Numbered from the stretch's first letter, positions 23,091 to 34,372 are shown. The stretch is DNA of 64,000 bases from Candidatus Krumholzibacteriia bacterium (GCA_963836185.1 CAWIIQ010000003.1:128001-192000); one strand, 5' to 3'. Notes: generated by a model from the letters alone, not told the origin. Numbers and translations: made by a program.

Positions 23091-23369
23091 ATGACCGGAT
23101 TCATCGCGGAGATATCCTCCATCGTCATCGCGGCATTCTCCAGTGCGGTGGTCATGTTGAGCCTTCAGAGGCAAGGCAGAGTGAAACATCGCCTGAGGGC
23201 GACGATCGGTCTGATGCTCGCTGTACTCTCGATCAGCCTGATCGTCTCGAGATTTATCCTCGGCAGACTCGACAGCGCGACGCTTATCGTCGATGTTCCC
23301 GTAATGGTAGTGGGGGCGGTGCTGTTCAGGACCGGGGTGTACTGGGGGAAGCAAAAAACAGATAATTGA
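23091..23369 (+). CDS. Small three-TM membrane protein
   Basis: Three hydrophobic segments; AAGGAG upstream. Confidence 0.6.
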   Translation: MTGFIAEISSIVIAAFSSAVVMLSLQRQGRVKHRLRATIGLMLAVLSISLIVSRFILGRLDSATLIVDVPVMVVGAVLFRTGVYWGKQKTDN

Positions 23370-23464
23370 GATAGTCTTTGTTCAGATCGGATCGAACGAC
23401 AGCCCCATAATTAATCCGGAGCTCACGGGCCAATTGGGATTTTATATTCTGAGCCATTTTCTCA

Positions 23465-23586
23465 TATTGTCCCGTCGGGTCCTTGAGATACTTCACGGCA
23501 GGTTGCCAGAAATAGTGTCCTGTCGGTTCCTTGAGATAACATCCGACAGGCGCTCTGGCATATTGTCCGGGCGGTTCCTTGACATA
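23465..23586. repeat. Imperfect 48-bp (2x24) coding tandem repeat
   Basis: TAxTGTCCxGxCGGxTCCTTGAxATA cores at 23465, 23513, 23561; encodes xxPxxxYx octapeptides. Confidence 0.8.
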
Positions 23587-24247
23587 CTGCTCCATGTGCT
23601 TCTTTCCGTAGGCCCTCTCGGCCTCGAGCCGGTTGTGCTTCCCGCACAGCAGCCTGAGATTCTCCGGAGAGTTGTCCCCGCCCCTGGCAAAGGGGACCCT
23701 GTGGTCTATCTGCAGGTCCCAGGTAGACCCGCATCTCCTGCCGCCGGGGGAGACAAAGGAACATCGTCCCTTGTCCCTGGCGTATACCTCGTCACGGACC
23801 TTCCGGGGGATATACGCGCGACTTGATCAGGGGCCCCTGTCTGACCTGGGATCCTGTACTATTCGATTTTACGGCAGCCAGGCGACTGATCGATTCCTTC
23901 TCGGCCCTCTTCTCCCGCTTCTCTTTCTCCTGATCCTCCCCTCAGGGCTGTGTCTCTCGATGTACTCGTCCATCAGAAGAGAGAAGAGCTCGCCAAGCTC
24001 AAGATGCCTGTGATACTTCGAGGAGAGAAGAGAACGGACCTCTCGACCTTTCGCATGAAGTCGGGGTCCGCTCCGAACGTGACCTTCAGCCTCTCCTCGA
24101 AAACCACTGTCTGCGCGGCGAAGGGCCTGCTGCCAGTATCAGGGCTGGCTGCCGGCCCTTCGCCGCTGCCAGCTCTCGCTCCCCTTCGAAGTGGCAGGAT
24201 TTTTACCGCCACCGGTGGCGGTGGAGAATTTACCACCCCCATCTAAC

Positions 24248-24337
24248 GTGTTGTCTCCGAGGCTGTTGCGATCGCATGTCTTGTCTCCGTCACTCTTACG
24301 GTCGCATGTCTTGTCTCCGCTGCTCTTGCGATCGTCG
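24248..24337. repeat. 30-bp tandem repeat x3
   Basis: TTGTCTCCG at 24251, 24281, 24311; encodes RKSSGDKTCD/RKSDGDKTCD/RNSLGDNTLD. Confidence 0.85.
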
Positions 24338-25225
24338 TCTTTTACAGCTAGCAGCGTTTTTACATATACCGGGGTGACCCTGTCTCTGATAGCGCTCTTA
24401 GGCCTGCGGCTGCTGACAAGAAGCTCGACCTCCCTTTTCGAGGCTCCCTCTATCCGGCAGAGAAGATCAGAGACATTCTCCGGGGTCATGATCCTGGCGA
24501 TCATCGCGAGGTTGGTCATGCTGACCTTCCCGCAGCAGAGCGCGCGGTAGACTGCCGGGTAGTCCCGGATGCACCTGGCGATACATATCCTCCTGCCGGC
24601 TGTGGACTCGGAGTACCCGAGACGCTCTGTGCAGAACTCATAGAGAGAGCTGAAGCCGAGAGGAAGATAGAGCTTTCTTCTGTCTATCTCGATCAGGTGG
24701 ACGAGGATAGAAAGCACGGTCTTTCTCTCAGTCTCAGAGAGCTTACGTATACCGGATAGAAGGGCCCTGTTTGAGACACCTTTGAGGGCTTTTACTTCCG
24801 GGATGGTCTTTGTGGATCTACTGCTGGAAGGGATCGAGCTCTTCGTCGTCCTCATCATCGTCACCTCCGGGTGAGATCAGGTCATTATCTCTGCCCCCCA
24901 TTTGCCCTCTCCATCTGCAGACATTATAACACGGACTTCTGGCGCTAAAACAGATGGCGCCTGGCGCCTCGACGGGGGCCGGGATGAGCCGGATGTCTCG
25001 ATCTTCGAGAGAGGCGAAGAGAGGGGCGCTGAGGTCCGCCTGGCAGCGTAATTGACGGCAGAGTCGGAAGATGGAGATCTGGGGCTGAAAATTATGTCAA
25101 GGATAAAATTGAGAAAATCCAGGAATATTTTAGTTTCTCCAGGGATAATTATATGAAAAGAAGGGGAGCGACAATCATATCGCACCCCCGCGCTATCACA
25201 GGAATTCCGGATATCCGAATATCAG

Positions 25226-28200
25226 TTATCGCAAGAGGACCATCTTCTTCGTCTGCGTGATCTCACCGGCGTTCATCCTGCAGAAATAGACCCCTGTCGC
25301 TACTGAAGCCCCGGCGCTGTTTCTGCCGTTCCAGACGACCTCATGCCGTCCCCCGTCGACGATATCATCCATCAGAAGACAGACAGCCCTTCCGGCGGCG
25401 TCGTAGATGGAGATCCGCACGCGGGTCCGCTTGCTGATGTCGAAGGTTATCGTCGTCGCCGGATTGAACGGGTTCGGATGAATCGATTTGAGCGCCGTCG
25501 CTGAAGGCAGAAAATCCTCCGCGTCACCGGCATCTGTCGGGGGATCGACGAAATAGCAGCCCGATCGCGTCTTGTCGTTCCGGTAGAAGGGCCAGCAGAG
25601 GTTATAGGCTGTTTCGAAATCCTCGACAACGCCGAGGTCGAAGGCATAGACCGAATCGGCCGATGTCGCCACGACCATATCGAGATATCCGTCTCCGTCG
25701 AGATCTCCTATGGCCGGCGAAGAATAGACCCTGCCCTCGACATCGAAAGGGAACCCCAGGATCGCGGCAGCGGAACTCTCCCAGCCGTAGACATTCCCGA
25801 CCGGGCTGCCGTGCAGGACCCTTTCATAAAAGGCCACGGGGGAAGGCGGCGTAAGGCCGGTGATCCACGCCCCCGCGCTCTGCGGCCAGGATGACATTAT
25901 GGTCCCGTCGTTATCGATAGCGGTCACTCTGCTGTAATAGAGCCCGGGATAAGGCGTATCGCTCCAGTATCTCGACGCCGCGATTATTTCCTGGCGGTCA
26001 TCTGTGTCAAGCTCGGCCAGGGCGAGTGACATGTCCACGGAGCCCTGTACCTGGGGCAGACTCGGCCAGATACCGCCCGCTAGATTGATCGCGTAAATTG
26101 TCCCGTTCAGGCCGCCTGTGATGACCTCGAGGTCATAATCGCTTGCGATATTTCCAAGGACAGGTGAGCAGGTCGAGATAGTATCGATCAGCACCGGCCA
26201 GTTCATGCTGTTGAAATATGTGCCGTCGGCATTGAACAGGTGGACGAAGGACTTGTCCTCAAGCTTTTCCATGCCGCTTGATATGACCGCTATCTCGATG
26301 GTGCCGTTCTGGTCCATATCCCCGACCGCCGGGGAAGTGACCGCTGTGCCGCCGAGAGGCACGGGCCAGGAGCCCGGGCATATCGTGCCGTCACCCTCGA
26401 GGGCATACAGCTGAATATCTCCGATAAGGGTTTTGCGGCTGAACAGGATCTCTAGCAGGCCATCGTCGTCGAGATCGACGAGAGCCGGCGTTGAGGTTAC
26501 CACCTGGCTCGGCCCGAAAGTCCAGAGCTGCGTTCCCGCCCAGTCGAATGCGTAGAGATACGACCCGCAGCCGACAACGATCTCGTTATGGTAGTCCCCG
26601 ATGATATTGCCGACCGCGGGAGAGGAATAGACCGGGTTGCCCAGGTAGACGGGCCACTGGCCGGGCAGTGTGGTCCCGTATGCGGAATAGGCGTACAGAT
26701 AACCGTCGTCGCAGCCTATAACTACTTCCTTCGTGCGCGGGTCGTTGTCGAGAAGCGCGATCACCGGCGAGGAATGAAAATCCCCGCCGCCCGGAACGGG
26801 CCATCCGTCCGTCGGTGGGATCGTCCAGTTGATCAGATGCGGACCGCTGACATTGTTATTTTCGTCAAACTCGGCAACAGCGTTCGTATAGTCGACCTGG
26901 AAATATGAGGCCCATTCCTCGACCTCGTCATTCGAGATATTCGGTATCCAGTGCGTCAGCGAATCGCCGGCCGCCAGGCTGTCGGTATGGAAGAAAATGT
27001 TCCCGCTCTGGCCGGTCACGGGAGGGGTGAGCAGGTCGTAGTAGTACCCAGTGTAAAAACCGTACGCGGTTATGTGACCGACATTCCTGATCTTGAGCGT
27101 CGCCTGAATATTGCCGTCCACAGGGGGGTAGTAGTCATCGAATTCAACGCTGGCGATCACCAGGTCGGGAAGCGATGTGCAGGCGGCCCCGCTTCTGCCG
27201 ATGAGCTCTCCGCAGGGGCTGTTGGCTGCCGCGCAGGGAGATGCGGTGTAGATGAAGGTATCATAGCTCGGCTGAACGCAGAAGAGGGGATCCTCGGATA
27301 TGTTGTCGTTGATACCCGTTTGGTCGGGCTGATGCCCGTAATAGTTTCGGGCCGTGTTTCCGAATACATCACAGCACATTATAACGGGTGCGATACTGCC
27401 TTGCCAGATACCGTCTTCGTTGTTGAAAGCGATGATCGTGTTGGTGATAGTAGTGTAAGAGCCGGCAGCCGAAAGGCCGCCCCCGGCAACTCCAGCGGTA
27501 TTGTACGCAATGGTGCAGTTGTCTACTGTTATGGAATCAAAAGAGATATCATGCCCGAGACCCATACCGCCGGATGACCAGATCGCATCGTTGCCCAGAA
27601 CATTGCAGTGCAGGACCTTCATCTCGCCCTGGGAAACCACGCCCCCACCAGCGTAGGCAGTGTTATCGATAATCTCGCAGGCATCAAGAACAACGGACGT
27701 ATTTCCAAAGGCATATACTCCGCCGCCGTTGGATTCGGCGTGATTATCGATGATAGAGCAGCCGAATATCGTTGCGTCGATTTGTTCCAGGTAGATCCCG
27801 CCCCCGTCATCTTCGGTCGAGTTTCCCGAGATCACACAATTCTCTATGAGCAGGCTGGCGCAACTATCGGCGTGGATTCCGCCACCATGGTGGCCCGATT
27901 CGGGACCTGAATAATTGTCACTTATCGTACAGGTAGTGATTGTTGCGGGAGTATCGTACAGATAAATGCCTCCACCCGATTCACTGGAGCCATTCTCCGA
28001 GATCACACAGTTTTCCAAAATAAGGCCGTCACAACCATACGCAGCGATTCCGCCCCCTCCGCCCCGGCGGTGATTGTCAGTAATAGTGCAGTTCTGAATT
28101 GTCGCGGTTCCACGTCCGCCATTTAAAATGCCGCCGCCGTTTACATAGTCATGTGTCAGAGAGGAATCGTTTCCGGTTATTACGCAGTTGCGGATTGTAG

Positions 28201-28582
28201 GGCTTGCTTCGCGTATCCTTATCCCCCATGCGGCTCCATTGGTTATCGTGAACCCGTCGATCACCGCCTGGCTTTCCAAGATATCGAATCCCAGTGATGC
28301 AGCCTGCAAAGTGCTGTAGGCATCGATGATTGTAACGGCAGGGCCGCTTTCTGAGATAATGTGTATACTTCTATAGTTCACAAGGATGTAACCATAATAA
28401 GTCCCCGCGGCGACGAGTACCGTATCGCCCTCCTCACTGTCGAAGACCGCATCATTTATCTGTGTAAAATCGCCTGATCCCCCGACGTCTACGTACCAGG
28501 TGGTCGCCAGCGCGCCGGAACCGGCGTGAACCAGAATCAGAGTGGCTATGATTAGCGCGAGAGCTGCGGGTGCCCTGTTCAT
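25226..28582 (-). CDS. Large secreted protein: parallel beta-helix, CARDB, FG-GAP/VCBS repeats, FlgD-Ig/T9SS-like CTD
   Basis: Signal peptide; NCxIxxNxxxxGGG repeats; PDLVI...EFDENNN; SSPAxGDLDGDG repeats; PNPFNP...TKKMVLLR. Confidence 0.85.
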   Translation of the reverse strand: MNRAPAALALIIATLILVHAGSGALATTWYVDVGGSGDFTQINDAVFDSEEGDTVLVAAGTYYGYILVNYRSIHIISESGPAVTIIDAYSTLQAASLGFDILESQAVIDGFTITNGAAWGIRIREASPTIRNCVITGNDSSLTHDYVNGGGILNGGRGTATIQNCTITDNHRRGGGGGIAAYGCDGLILENCVISENGSSESGGGIYLYDTPATITTCTISDNYSGPESGHHGGGIHADSCASLLIENCVISGNSTEDDGGGIYLEQIDATIFGCSIIDNHAESNGGGVYAFGNTSVVLDACEIIDNTAYAGGGVVSQGEMKVLHCNVLGNDAIWSSGGMGLGHDISFDSITVDNCTIAYNTAGVAGGGLSAAGSYTTITNTIIAFNNEDGIWQGSIAPVIMCCDVFGNTARNYYGHQPDQTGINDNISEDPLFCVQPSYDTFIYTASPCAAANSPCGELIGRSGAACTSLPDLVIASVEFDDYYPPVDGNIQATLKIRNVGHITAYGFYTGYYYDLLTPPVTGQSGNIFFHTDSLAAGDSLTHWIPNISNDEVEEWASYFQVDYTNAVAEFDENNNVSGPHLINWTIPPTDGWPVPGGGDFHSSPVIALLDNDPRTKEVVIGCDDGYLYAYSAYGTTLPGQWPVYLGNPVYSSPAVGNIIGDYHNEIVVGCGSYLYAFDWAGTQLWTFGPSQVVTSTPALVDLDDDGLLEILFSRKTLIGDIQLYALEGDGTICPGSWPVPLGGTAVTSPAVGDMDQNGTIEIAVISSGMEKLEDKSFVHLFNADGTYFNSMNWPVLIDTISTCSPVLGNIASDYDLEVITGGLNGTIYAINLAGGIWPSLPQVQGSVDMSLALAELDTDDRQEIIAASRYWSDTPYPGLYYSRVTAIDNDGTIMSSWPQSAGAWITGLTPPSPVAFYERVLHGSPVGNVYGWESSAAAILGFPFDVEGRVYSSPAIGDLDGDGYLDMVVATSADSVYAFDLGVVEDFETAYNLCWPFYRNDKTRSGCYFVDPPTDAGDAEDFLPSATALKSIHPNPFNPATTITFDISKRTRVRISIYDAAGRAVCLLMDDIVDGGRHEVVWNGRNSAGASVATGVYFCRMNAGEITQTKKMVLLR

Positions 28583-28649
28583 GATGTGATCCCCTTCTTC
28601 CTGTAACACCGAGGCTGGTCTGTGCCGCCTGACGTGCGGCTATGCAAAT

Positions 28650-30350
28650 CTATCGGATCAGCGTCATCTTCCGCGTTCTTTCGAACTCCGGCGTGATCAG
28701 CTGATAGAAATAGACACCTGAAGCGACGTCGTTTCCCTGCAGGTCGCGGCCGTTCCATGTCTCTGAATATCTCATCGCCTCGCGCTTGTCATCCACCAGC
28801 ACTGAGATGAGGCGGCCCGACACGTCGTAGATCCGAAGCGATACCATGCCCGGCCTGTCCAGCCCGAAGTCGATCGTCGTCGACGGGTTGAAGGGGTTGG
28901 GGTAGTTCTGGGAAAGGAACGCCGCGTTCGGCGATTCCGCCGGATCGGCATCGGTGGACCCGTTGAAGTAGACCCTGCCCGTATAAATGTCGCTATAGGG
29001 CTCCCGGGCATCGCGCCATACCACAATACCGCCTCCGGCGCCGTCGGTGGCGATCCTGACTTCCAGCTGGTTCTCTGTATTGGAGCAGATCGCCGTGCCT
29101 ATACTCGGCCCCTGTACGTTTCCGTAAGCATCGACCGTACGGGCATAGACATCGCCGAGGTACGAGACGTTCCTGTTTTCCTGCCATGCGATAGCGGCGC
29201 CGCCCTGCCCGTCGGAAGCTATCTGGGGGTCGTACTGGGATGCGATGGCCTCGCAGATCATGACGCCATCGACGTTCCACAGAAGATCGCCGGTGCCAGT
29301 GATCCGTTGGGCATAGACTCCCCGTGGGGTCCGTGAGTCCAACCAGCATAGAACCGCTCCGCCGCTCCCGTCTTGCGCGATCTGGGGGTCGGTACGGCTC
29401 CCGGCATAATAGTAGTTTACGGCCAGGCCGTTCGCCGCCCACAGGGTGTCCCCGCTGGCGTTGACGCGCTGGGAGTATAGTCCGGGGCGAGAGCTCTCCT
29501 CCCACGTGATGATCGCGCCGCCGGCCTCGTCGGAAACGATCTGGGCGAATGTCTGCTGGCCTGCTTCGATGCATATCGGGATACCTGCCGGGTCCCACTG
29601 GAGTGTCCCGCTCGCGTCGATCCTCTGGGCATATACGTTGACGTCCGCGGGAACGCGCTCGTCGTCCCAGACGATGATCACGCCGCCGGCTCCATCGGTA
29701 GCGATACGGTGCCGTACCTGGTCGGCCGCTTCTGTGCAGACGCGGACGCCGCCGTTAGGCCACTGCCGGATGCCGGAGGCGTCGAGGCGCTGGGCATAGA
29801 GGTGGTCGGTCGAGGCGCTGTAGTTATAGTCCCGCCATACGACGATCGCGCCGTCCGCCCCGTCCGATACAATAAGGGGGTAATGCTGGGTTTCCGCCCC
29901 CTCGTAGACGACCGTGCCCCATTCTGTCCAGAGTCTGCTGCCGCCAGCGTTGAGGCGCTGCGCGTAGATGTCCTGGCCATAGGTCGCGGATTTCCGGCCG
30001 TCGGACCAGACGACGAGAGCTCCACCGGCCCCGTCCGGGGTTATATCGATCGGCGTCCAGGCGTAAATGGAATCTGAGTTGAGCATGATGCCTGCGCCCC
30101 ATAAAAGATCCCCGTTTGTGTCGATCTTCTGGACAAAGACACTGGGATGTTGCAGAGAGCTGACAAAACCCTGCACCCAGGCGATATACGCCCCCCCGTT
30201 GTTATCCGGGGCAATATGCGGGTCGAGCTCGTACCTGTCTCCCCATGAGACCTGCACCCCGTCAGTCTGCCACGCGGCCCATACGGACAGTCCGAAAATC
30301 ACGATAAATGTGACGGTAAAGACCGCCGTTCCAAAGGTCCTGTGTCGCAT
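28650..30350 (-). CDS. Secreted repeat protein with FlgD-Ig/T9SS-like CTD
   Basis: About 7 repeats of PxIxxDGxGGAIxxWxDxR...YAQR; QNYPNPFNP...RKMTLIR. Confidence 0.85.
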   Translation of the reverse strand: MRHRTFGTAVFTVTFIVIFGLSVWAAWQTDGVQVSWGDRYELDPHIAPDNNGGAYIAWVQGFVSSLQHPSVFVQKIDTNGDLLWGAGIMLNSDSIYAWTPIDITPDGAGGALVVWSDGRKSATYGQDIYAQRLNAGGSRLWTEWGTVVYEGAETQHYPLIVSDGADGAIVVWRDYNYSASTDHLYAQRLDASGIRQWPNGGVRVCTEAADQVRHRIATDGAGGVIIVWDDERVPADVNVYAQRIDASGTLQWDPAGIPICIEAGQQTFAQIVSDEAGGAIITWEESSRPGLYSQRVNASGDTLWAANGLAVNYYYAGSRTDPQIAQDGSGGAVLCWLDSRTPRGVYAQRITGTGDLLWNVDGVMICEAIASQYDPQIASDGQGGAAIAWQENRNVSYLGDVYARTVDAYGNVQGPSIGTAICSNTENQLEVRIATDGAGGGIVVWRDAREPYSDIYTGRVYFNGSTDADPAESPNAAFLSQNYPNPFNPSTTIDFGLDRPGMVSLRIYDVSGRLISVLVDDKREAMRYSETWNGRDLQGNDVASGVYFYQLITPEFERTRKMTLIR

Positions 30351-30396
30351 GAGTATGCCCCTCCCGTTGAAATGTAATGAGATTTAACCCTTAAGA

Positions 30397-30425
30397 ATTC
30401 TAGCAGATTTCCCTGCTAAACTCAA
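30397..30425 (-). promoter_or_regulatory. sigma70-like promoter with an inverted repeat in the spacer
   Basis: TTGAGT-N17-TAGAAT with extended TG; TAGCAG-N6-CTGCTA at 30401-30418. Confidence 0.55.
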
Positions 30426-30566
30426 TGTTTACCAAGGGTAATACCCACGGGCAGGGTAAGGATTAAAGGGATGGATGTGAGCAGCTCGGGGCTATCAGGG
30501 GGGTGTATGAGGAGCGGGCCTGCCCCGGGCTGGATGTGAGTGGTGGGAGGGTATTCAGGATATATG

Positions 30567-30629
30567 GAGAGGGCTTACCCCGGAAGAAACCCTCGGTGCC
30601 TCCGGGGTTTCGAAGGGGTAAGCCCTCTC
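30567..30629 (-). terminator. Long stem-loop downstream of the porin gene
   Basis: 15-bp perfect inverted repeat GAGAGGGCTTACCCC/GGGGTAAGCCCTCTC with an inner GAAACCC/GGGTTTC stem. Confidence 0.6.
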
Positions 30630-30638
30630 TGCCTGTAG

Positions 30639-31829
30639 CTACTTGATAGCAGCCTTGACCGCGAACTGGAACCTCATGGCGTCGTAGTCCGCGAGCGTGC
30701 TCTCGACCCCGTACGTCGTGTCCCTGTACTTCGTCTGCATATAGGCGAGCTCGAAGAGCAGCGAGACATTATTCGTGAGGCCGTACATCACGTTGCCGTA
30801 CGCCTCCGAGTTGAAGTCCCTCATCGAGTAGGACTCGCCATCGTCGGGGACCAGCCACTTGTCTCCATCCGGATCGTCCCAGCCGTAGCCGACATTGATC
30901 AGCGTCTTCTTCGACACGCCGACCTGTATCTGGCCCCAGCCGCCCATGGAGGGAAGGGGATCGCCGACGGGATTGACGCCCTGCAGGACGCCGCCGAGAT
31001 ACTGGCTGAGGTTCTCGCCCATGAAGAACTCGCCGAGCAGGGAGACACGCTTGTTGATCTTTATCAGAAGGTCACCGTTGAGCGACCAGGAAGGTGTGTC
31101 GTTCGCGTCGATATCCTCCGCGCCGAGGGCGGCATACTTTTCCTGGCCATAGTGGCCCGAGACGCCGATCGCGAACTTGCCTTCCTCGCCCATCGGTGTG
31201 CCGAGGCCGAGGCGGCCCTGGAACGCCGGCATACCCGCATCGGTCCCGTCGTTGAATTTGTCGTCATCGAGGTCATGACCGAGATTCCTCGAGATACCCA
31301 GATCGATCTTCAGGTCAGTGCTTTCGCCCGGCTTCATCTTGAATGTGAACCGCATCTGGGGCCTGCGGTAGCCGATGTTGCCCTGTGTCCAGTTGACGGA
31401 GTAGTTGACCGTCTTCGGGTTAAGGGGCGAGATGATGTCCCACGTCTGTCCGAAGAGAAGGGCCCATGTCTCTCCATCGAGCTTGATGAAGGCGTGGCGC
31501 AGCATCGGCTGAGCCTTGTTCTCTGCGGGGGCGGCGCCGTAGAAGTCGAACTCGAGCTTGGCGGTAGTCTTGTATGTGCCTTCATCCCACCAGAAATCAA
31601 ACCCCAGCCTCGTCTCGTTAGCGGTGAGGTAAAAGGCGTCGTTCTTTACTTCCATCTGTGTGACCCAGAGCCTGTAATTTCCGGGGTAGATCCTTGCGTT
31701 GTCCCACATGGCGTCAGCTTTGACAAAGCCGCCGAACTTGAATCCATAGGTCGGCTCACCTGCCGTTACCGGCAGTGAAGCCGAAGCGAGGACGACAGTT
31801 GCGAGGACTGCGATGATAACGCGCTTCAT
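30639..31829 (-). CDS. Outer-membrane porin, DcaP-like
   Basis: Signal peptide; FGGFVKAD, ETRLG, LEFDF, LRHAF, GQTWD, RRPQ.R; amphipathic C-terminal strand. Confidence 0.75.
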   Translation of the reverse strand: MKRVIIAVLATVVLASASLPVTAGEPTYGFKFGGFVKADAMWDNARIYPGNYRLWVTQMEVKNDAFYLTANETRLGFDFWWDEGTYKTTAKLEFDFYGAAPAENKAQPMLRHAFIKLDGETWALLFGQTWDIISPLNPKTVNYSVNWTQGNIGYRRPQMRFTFKMKPGESTDLKIDLGISRNLGHDLDDDKFNDGTDAGMPAFQGRLGLGTPMGEEGKFAIGVSGHYGQEKYAALGAEDIDANDTPSWSLNGDLLIKINKRVSLLGEFFMGENLSQYLGGVLQGVNPVGDPLPSMGGWGQIQVGVSKKTLINVGYGWDDPDGDKWLVPDDGESYSMRDFNSEAYGNVMYGLTNNVSLLFELAYMQTKYRDTTYGVESTLADYDAMRFQFAVKAAIK

Positions 31830-31905
31830 TTGACTCTCCTCCCTTTCATTGATGCAAAAAAATATTTTTTCAGCGACAGAGAGTCGGGCATAAGGGCACC
31901 CGGTG

Positions 31906-33433
31906 TCAATTGTTTTTGAGGAGGCGCCACTCGCCCGCGGAGCGAAGCGGCTCGAATCCGTCGGTGTCGTGCTCGTGCCCGGCGGGGGCCGATCCGCGCA
32001 CGACGAGGTAGTCGAGGCTGGAGTATCGTCCATCATATTCCTGGAACCTGCCGATCCATTCGAGGTAGGCGGGCAGGATCGTGATCGGGGCCTTCCTTCT
32101 CACCGCTCCGAACCGGTATCCGATAATGCTGGTCGCTGCTATCCCCTTCTTCCAGGTGATGTAATAGCCGGGGTAATGGATGTACACGGGAGAGCCTCGC
32201 CACCTGAAGTCATAGATAAGCCCCGAGAGCATCTTTCCTTTCCAGTGGCCGGGAAAGAAGTCCCCGGTGAAGCTTTCGTTCTCACGGTTGAAGGACCGAA
32301 AATCACTCCACCAGAGGGCCAGGTGGACGAGGCACACGGCAATTGCGACAGCGGGGACAAGGCGGACCCCGCGGCCCTTCCACAGGATGCCGGCGACTAT
32401 GACAAGTGATAGCAGGACAAGGCTGGAGAATCTCTGCGCGAGGATCGCCTGTCCGGGAAGATCCTTCGGCAGAAACGCGTAGCATGCGGCAGAGACGGCG
32501 AGCAGAAGAAGGGCGTATCTTGTTCCCTCCGCCTCACCGGTTCTGCCTGCGCGCCAGCGGATCAGCGGGATCAGCGCGATGACCGCTATGGCCAGAGAGA
32601 ATGCTATACCGACACGCTTTGCCCGGCGTGCCGCCGAGGACGGTGTAGTTATCGAGAAAGAGGATCTGCCACCTGTCGGCAAATGAGGTGAAGAAATCTC
32701 CCGAATAGTAGTCGGCGAGATACTCCGTGGTGGACCGGCCGACCCAGAACGACCTTCCGTAGAACCACCAGGCGGCCAGCATCGTCAGCGCCGGCAGGAC
32801 AGTCAGGAGATTCGCCGCCTTGCGATGAGGCCTGGTGTTTCTGGCAAAGGTGATGAATACGAGATGAAGCACGATCGCGAAGATCGCAGCAAGAGCATGG
32901 GCGAAGAATATCAGAAGCAACAGAAGAACGCTTGCGGCGGCGGACCGCGCGCCGGGCTTCATCGCCATTCCCGCCGAGGCCCATGCCGAAAACAGGACAA
33001 GCGGTATCGCCATAGTATACCCTGTGAATCCCCAGATCACCGGGTAACTGTAGAGCAGCAGAAGCGACAGCACCGAGGTCCACATCGCTCCCCCGAGCCT
33101 TCGTGTCAGCAGCAGGACCGAAAGCGGAAGAAGAAGAGCGTAGAGGAAGTACCAAACCCTGCTTGCCGTTTCGACGGAGGGAAAGATCTTCGCTGAACAG
33201 AAGACGAGGTACAGCACATTCGGTTTCGGAAAGAGGTCGACGCTGAAATATTTCGCGAATTCATTGCCGAACTCGCCGTAGTGACGGACGATCGTCGATG
33301 CTGCGAGGTGGTTGGGCAGGTCGGTGAAGGGAAGAAGCCGCGGACTCGAGACGGCAAAGGCGTGAAGGATGACAAGCGCCGCGAAGATGGCGATAAAGAG
33401 CTTTTTCGATGAGTCTGGTCTTGTCATCTGCAA
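31906..33433 (-). CDS. Polytopic membrane protein, GT-C-like (extra base near 32615)
   Basis: PFTDLPNHLA loop after the first TM and many TMs; two overlapping ORFs join on removing one base. Confidence 0.6.
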
Positions 33434-33440
33434 TCTGACG

Positions 33441-34353
33441 TCAGCCGATTTCGATCATTCGTTCTATGGCGGTTCTGGCGGCGTCGGCCGTCTTCTTCGG
33501 AACCGTGACTACGGGGCCGAGGTTTTCGAGGGAAGCCAGGATCTTCTCCAGCGAGATCTTTTTCATGTTCGGGCATATCGCGTTGGGCGACGCGGGGATG
33601 AATCTCTTTTCAGGGTAGAGTTTCTCGAGGCGGTAGCACATCCCGACCTCGGTTCCCACGATGAAGGTGGTCGCGTCGCTCTCTCCGGCGAATTTTATCA
33701 TCGACCCCGTTCCAAGAGCGATGTCAGCTTCGGCCTCGATTTCAGGATTGACCTCTGGATGAACCATGACGACCGCGTCGGGATGCTGCTCTCTGAGTGC
33801 CCGTATCTCTTCGGGCATGATCTTCTGGTGTGACGGGCAGAACCCGTTCCACAGGATCATGCCGCGGTCGGTCTGCAGCGATACCCACCCGCCCGAGATA
33901 CTGGTCGGGCCCGAAAATGATCTTGTCATCCTCCGGGATGGAATCGATTACGGCGAGGGCATTGGCCGAGGTGCAGCAGATGTCGGTCAGCGCCTTGACC
34001 TCGGCGGTCGAGTTGACATACATCACCGTCACGGCGCCGGGGTGCTTCTCCTGGAGCGCGCGCAGCTGTGCGGCGTCGATCATGTCGGCCATCGGGCAGC
34101 CCGCGTCCGGGTCGGGAAGGATGACCTTCTTGTCCGGGGAGAGGATGGCCGCGGTCTCGGCCATGAAGTGGACGCCGCAGAAGATTATGATCTCCTCTTC
34201 CAGCCTGGCGGCAAGACGGCTGAGGTCCAGCGAGTCGCCAAGGTGGTCGGCGACGTCCTGGATCTCGGGCGGCTGATAGTTATGAGCGAGGATTACCGCG
34301 CCCGTCTCTTCCTTCAGCCGGAGGATCTTCTCTACGAGTTCTTTTGCCGGCAT
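33441..34353 (-). CDS. nadA: Quinolinate synthase (extra base near 33893)
   Basis: [47 protein letters not shown]. Confidence 0.95.
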
Positions 34354-34372
34354 GGCCTGATAAGCTCCCCGC

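Larger units (their letters stand above)
23326..24864 (-). pseudogene. HNH endonuclease with long helical N-terminus, several frameshifts
   Basis: N-terminal RRKLYLPLGFSSLYEFC..LGYSE; C-terminal frame reads IPRKVRDEVYARDKGRC...LQIDHRVPFARGGDNSPENLRLLCGKHN. Confidence 0.8.

Noticed and set aside
23465-23586. Repeat-spacer pattern beside an HNH gene as a mini CRISPR array
   Set aside because: Only three degenerate units; the spacers resemble each other and keep a 24-bp in-frame coding periodicity; no cas genes
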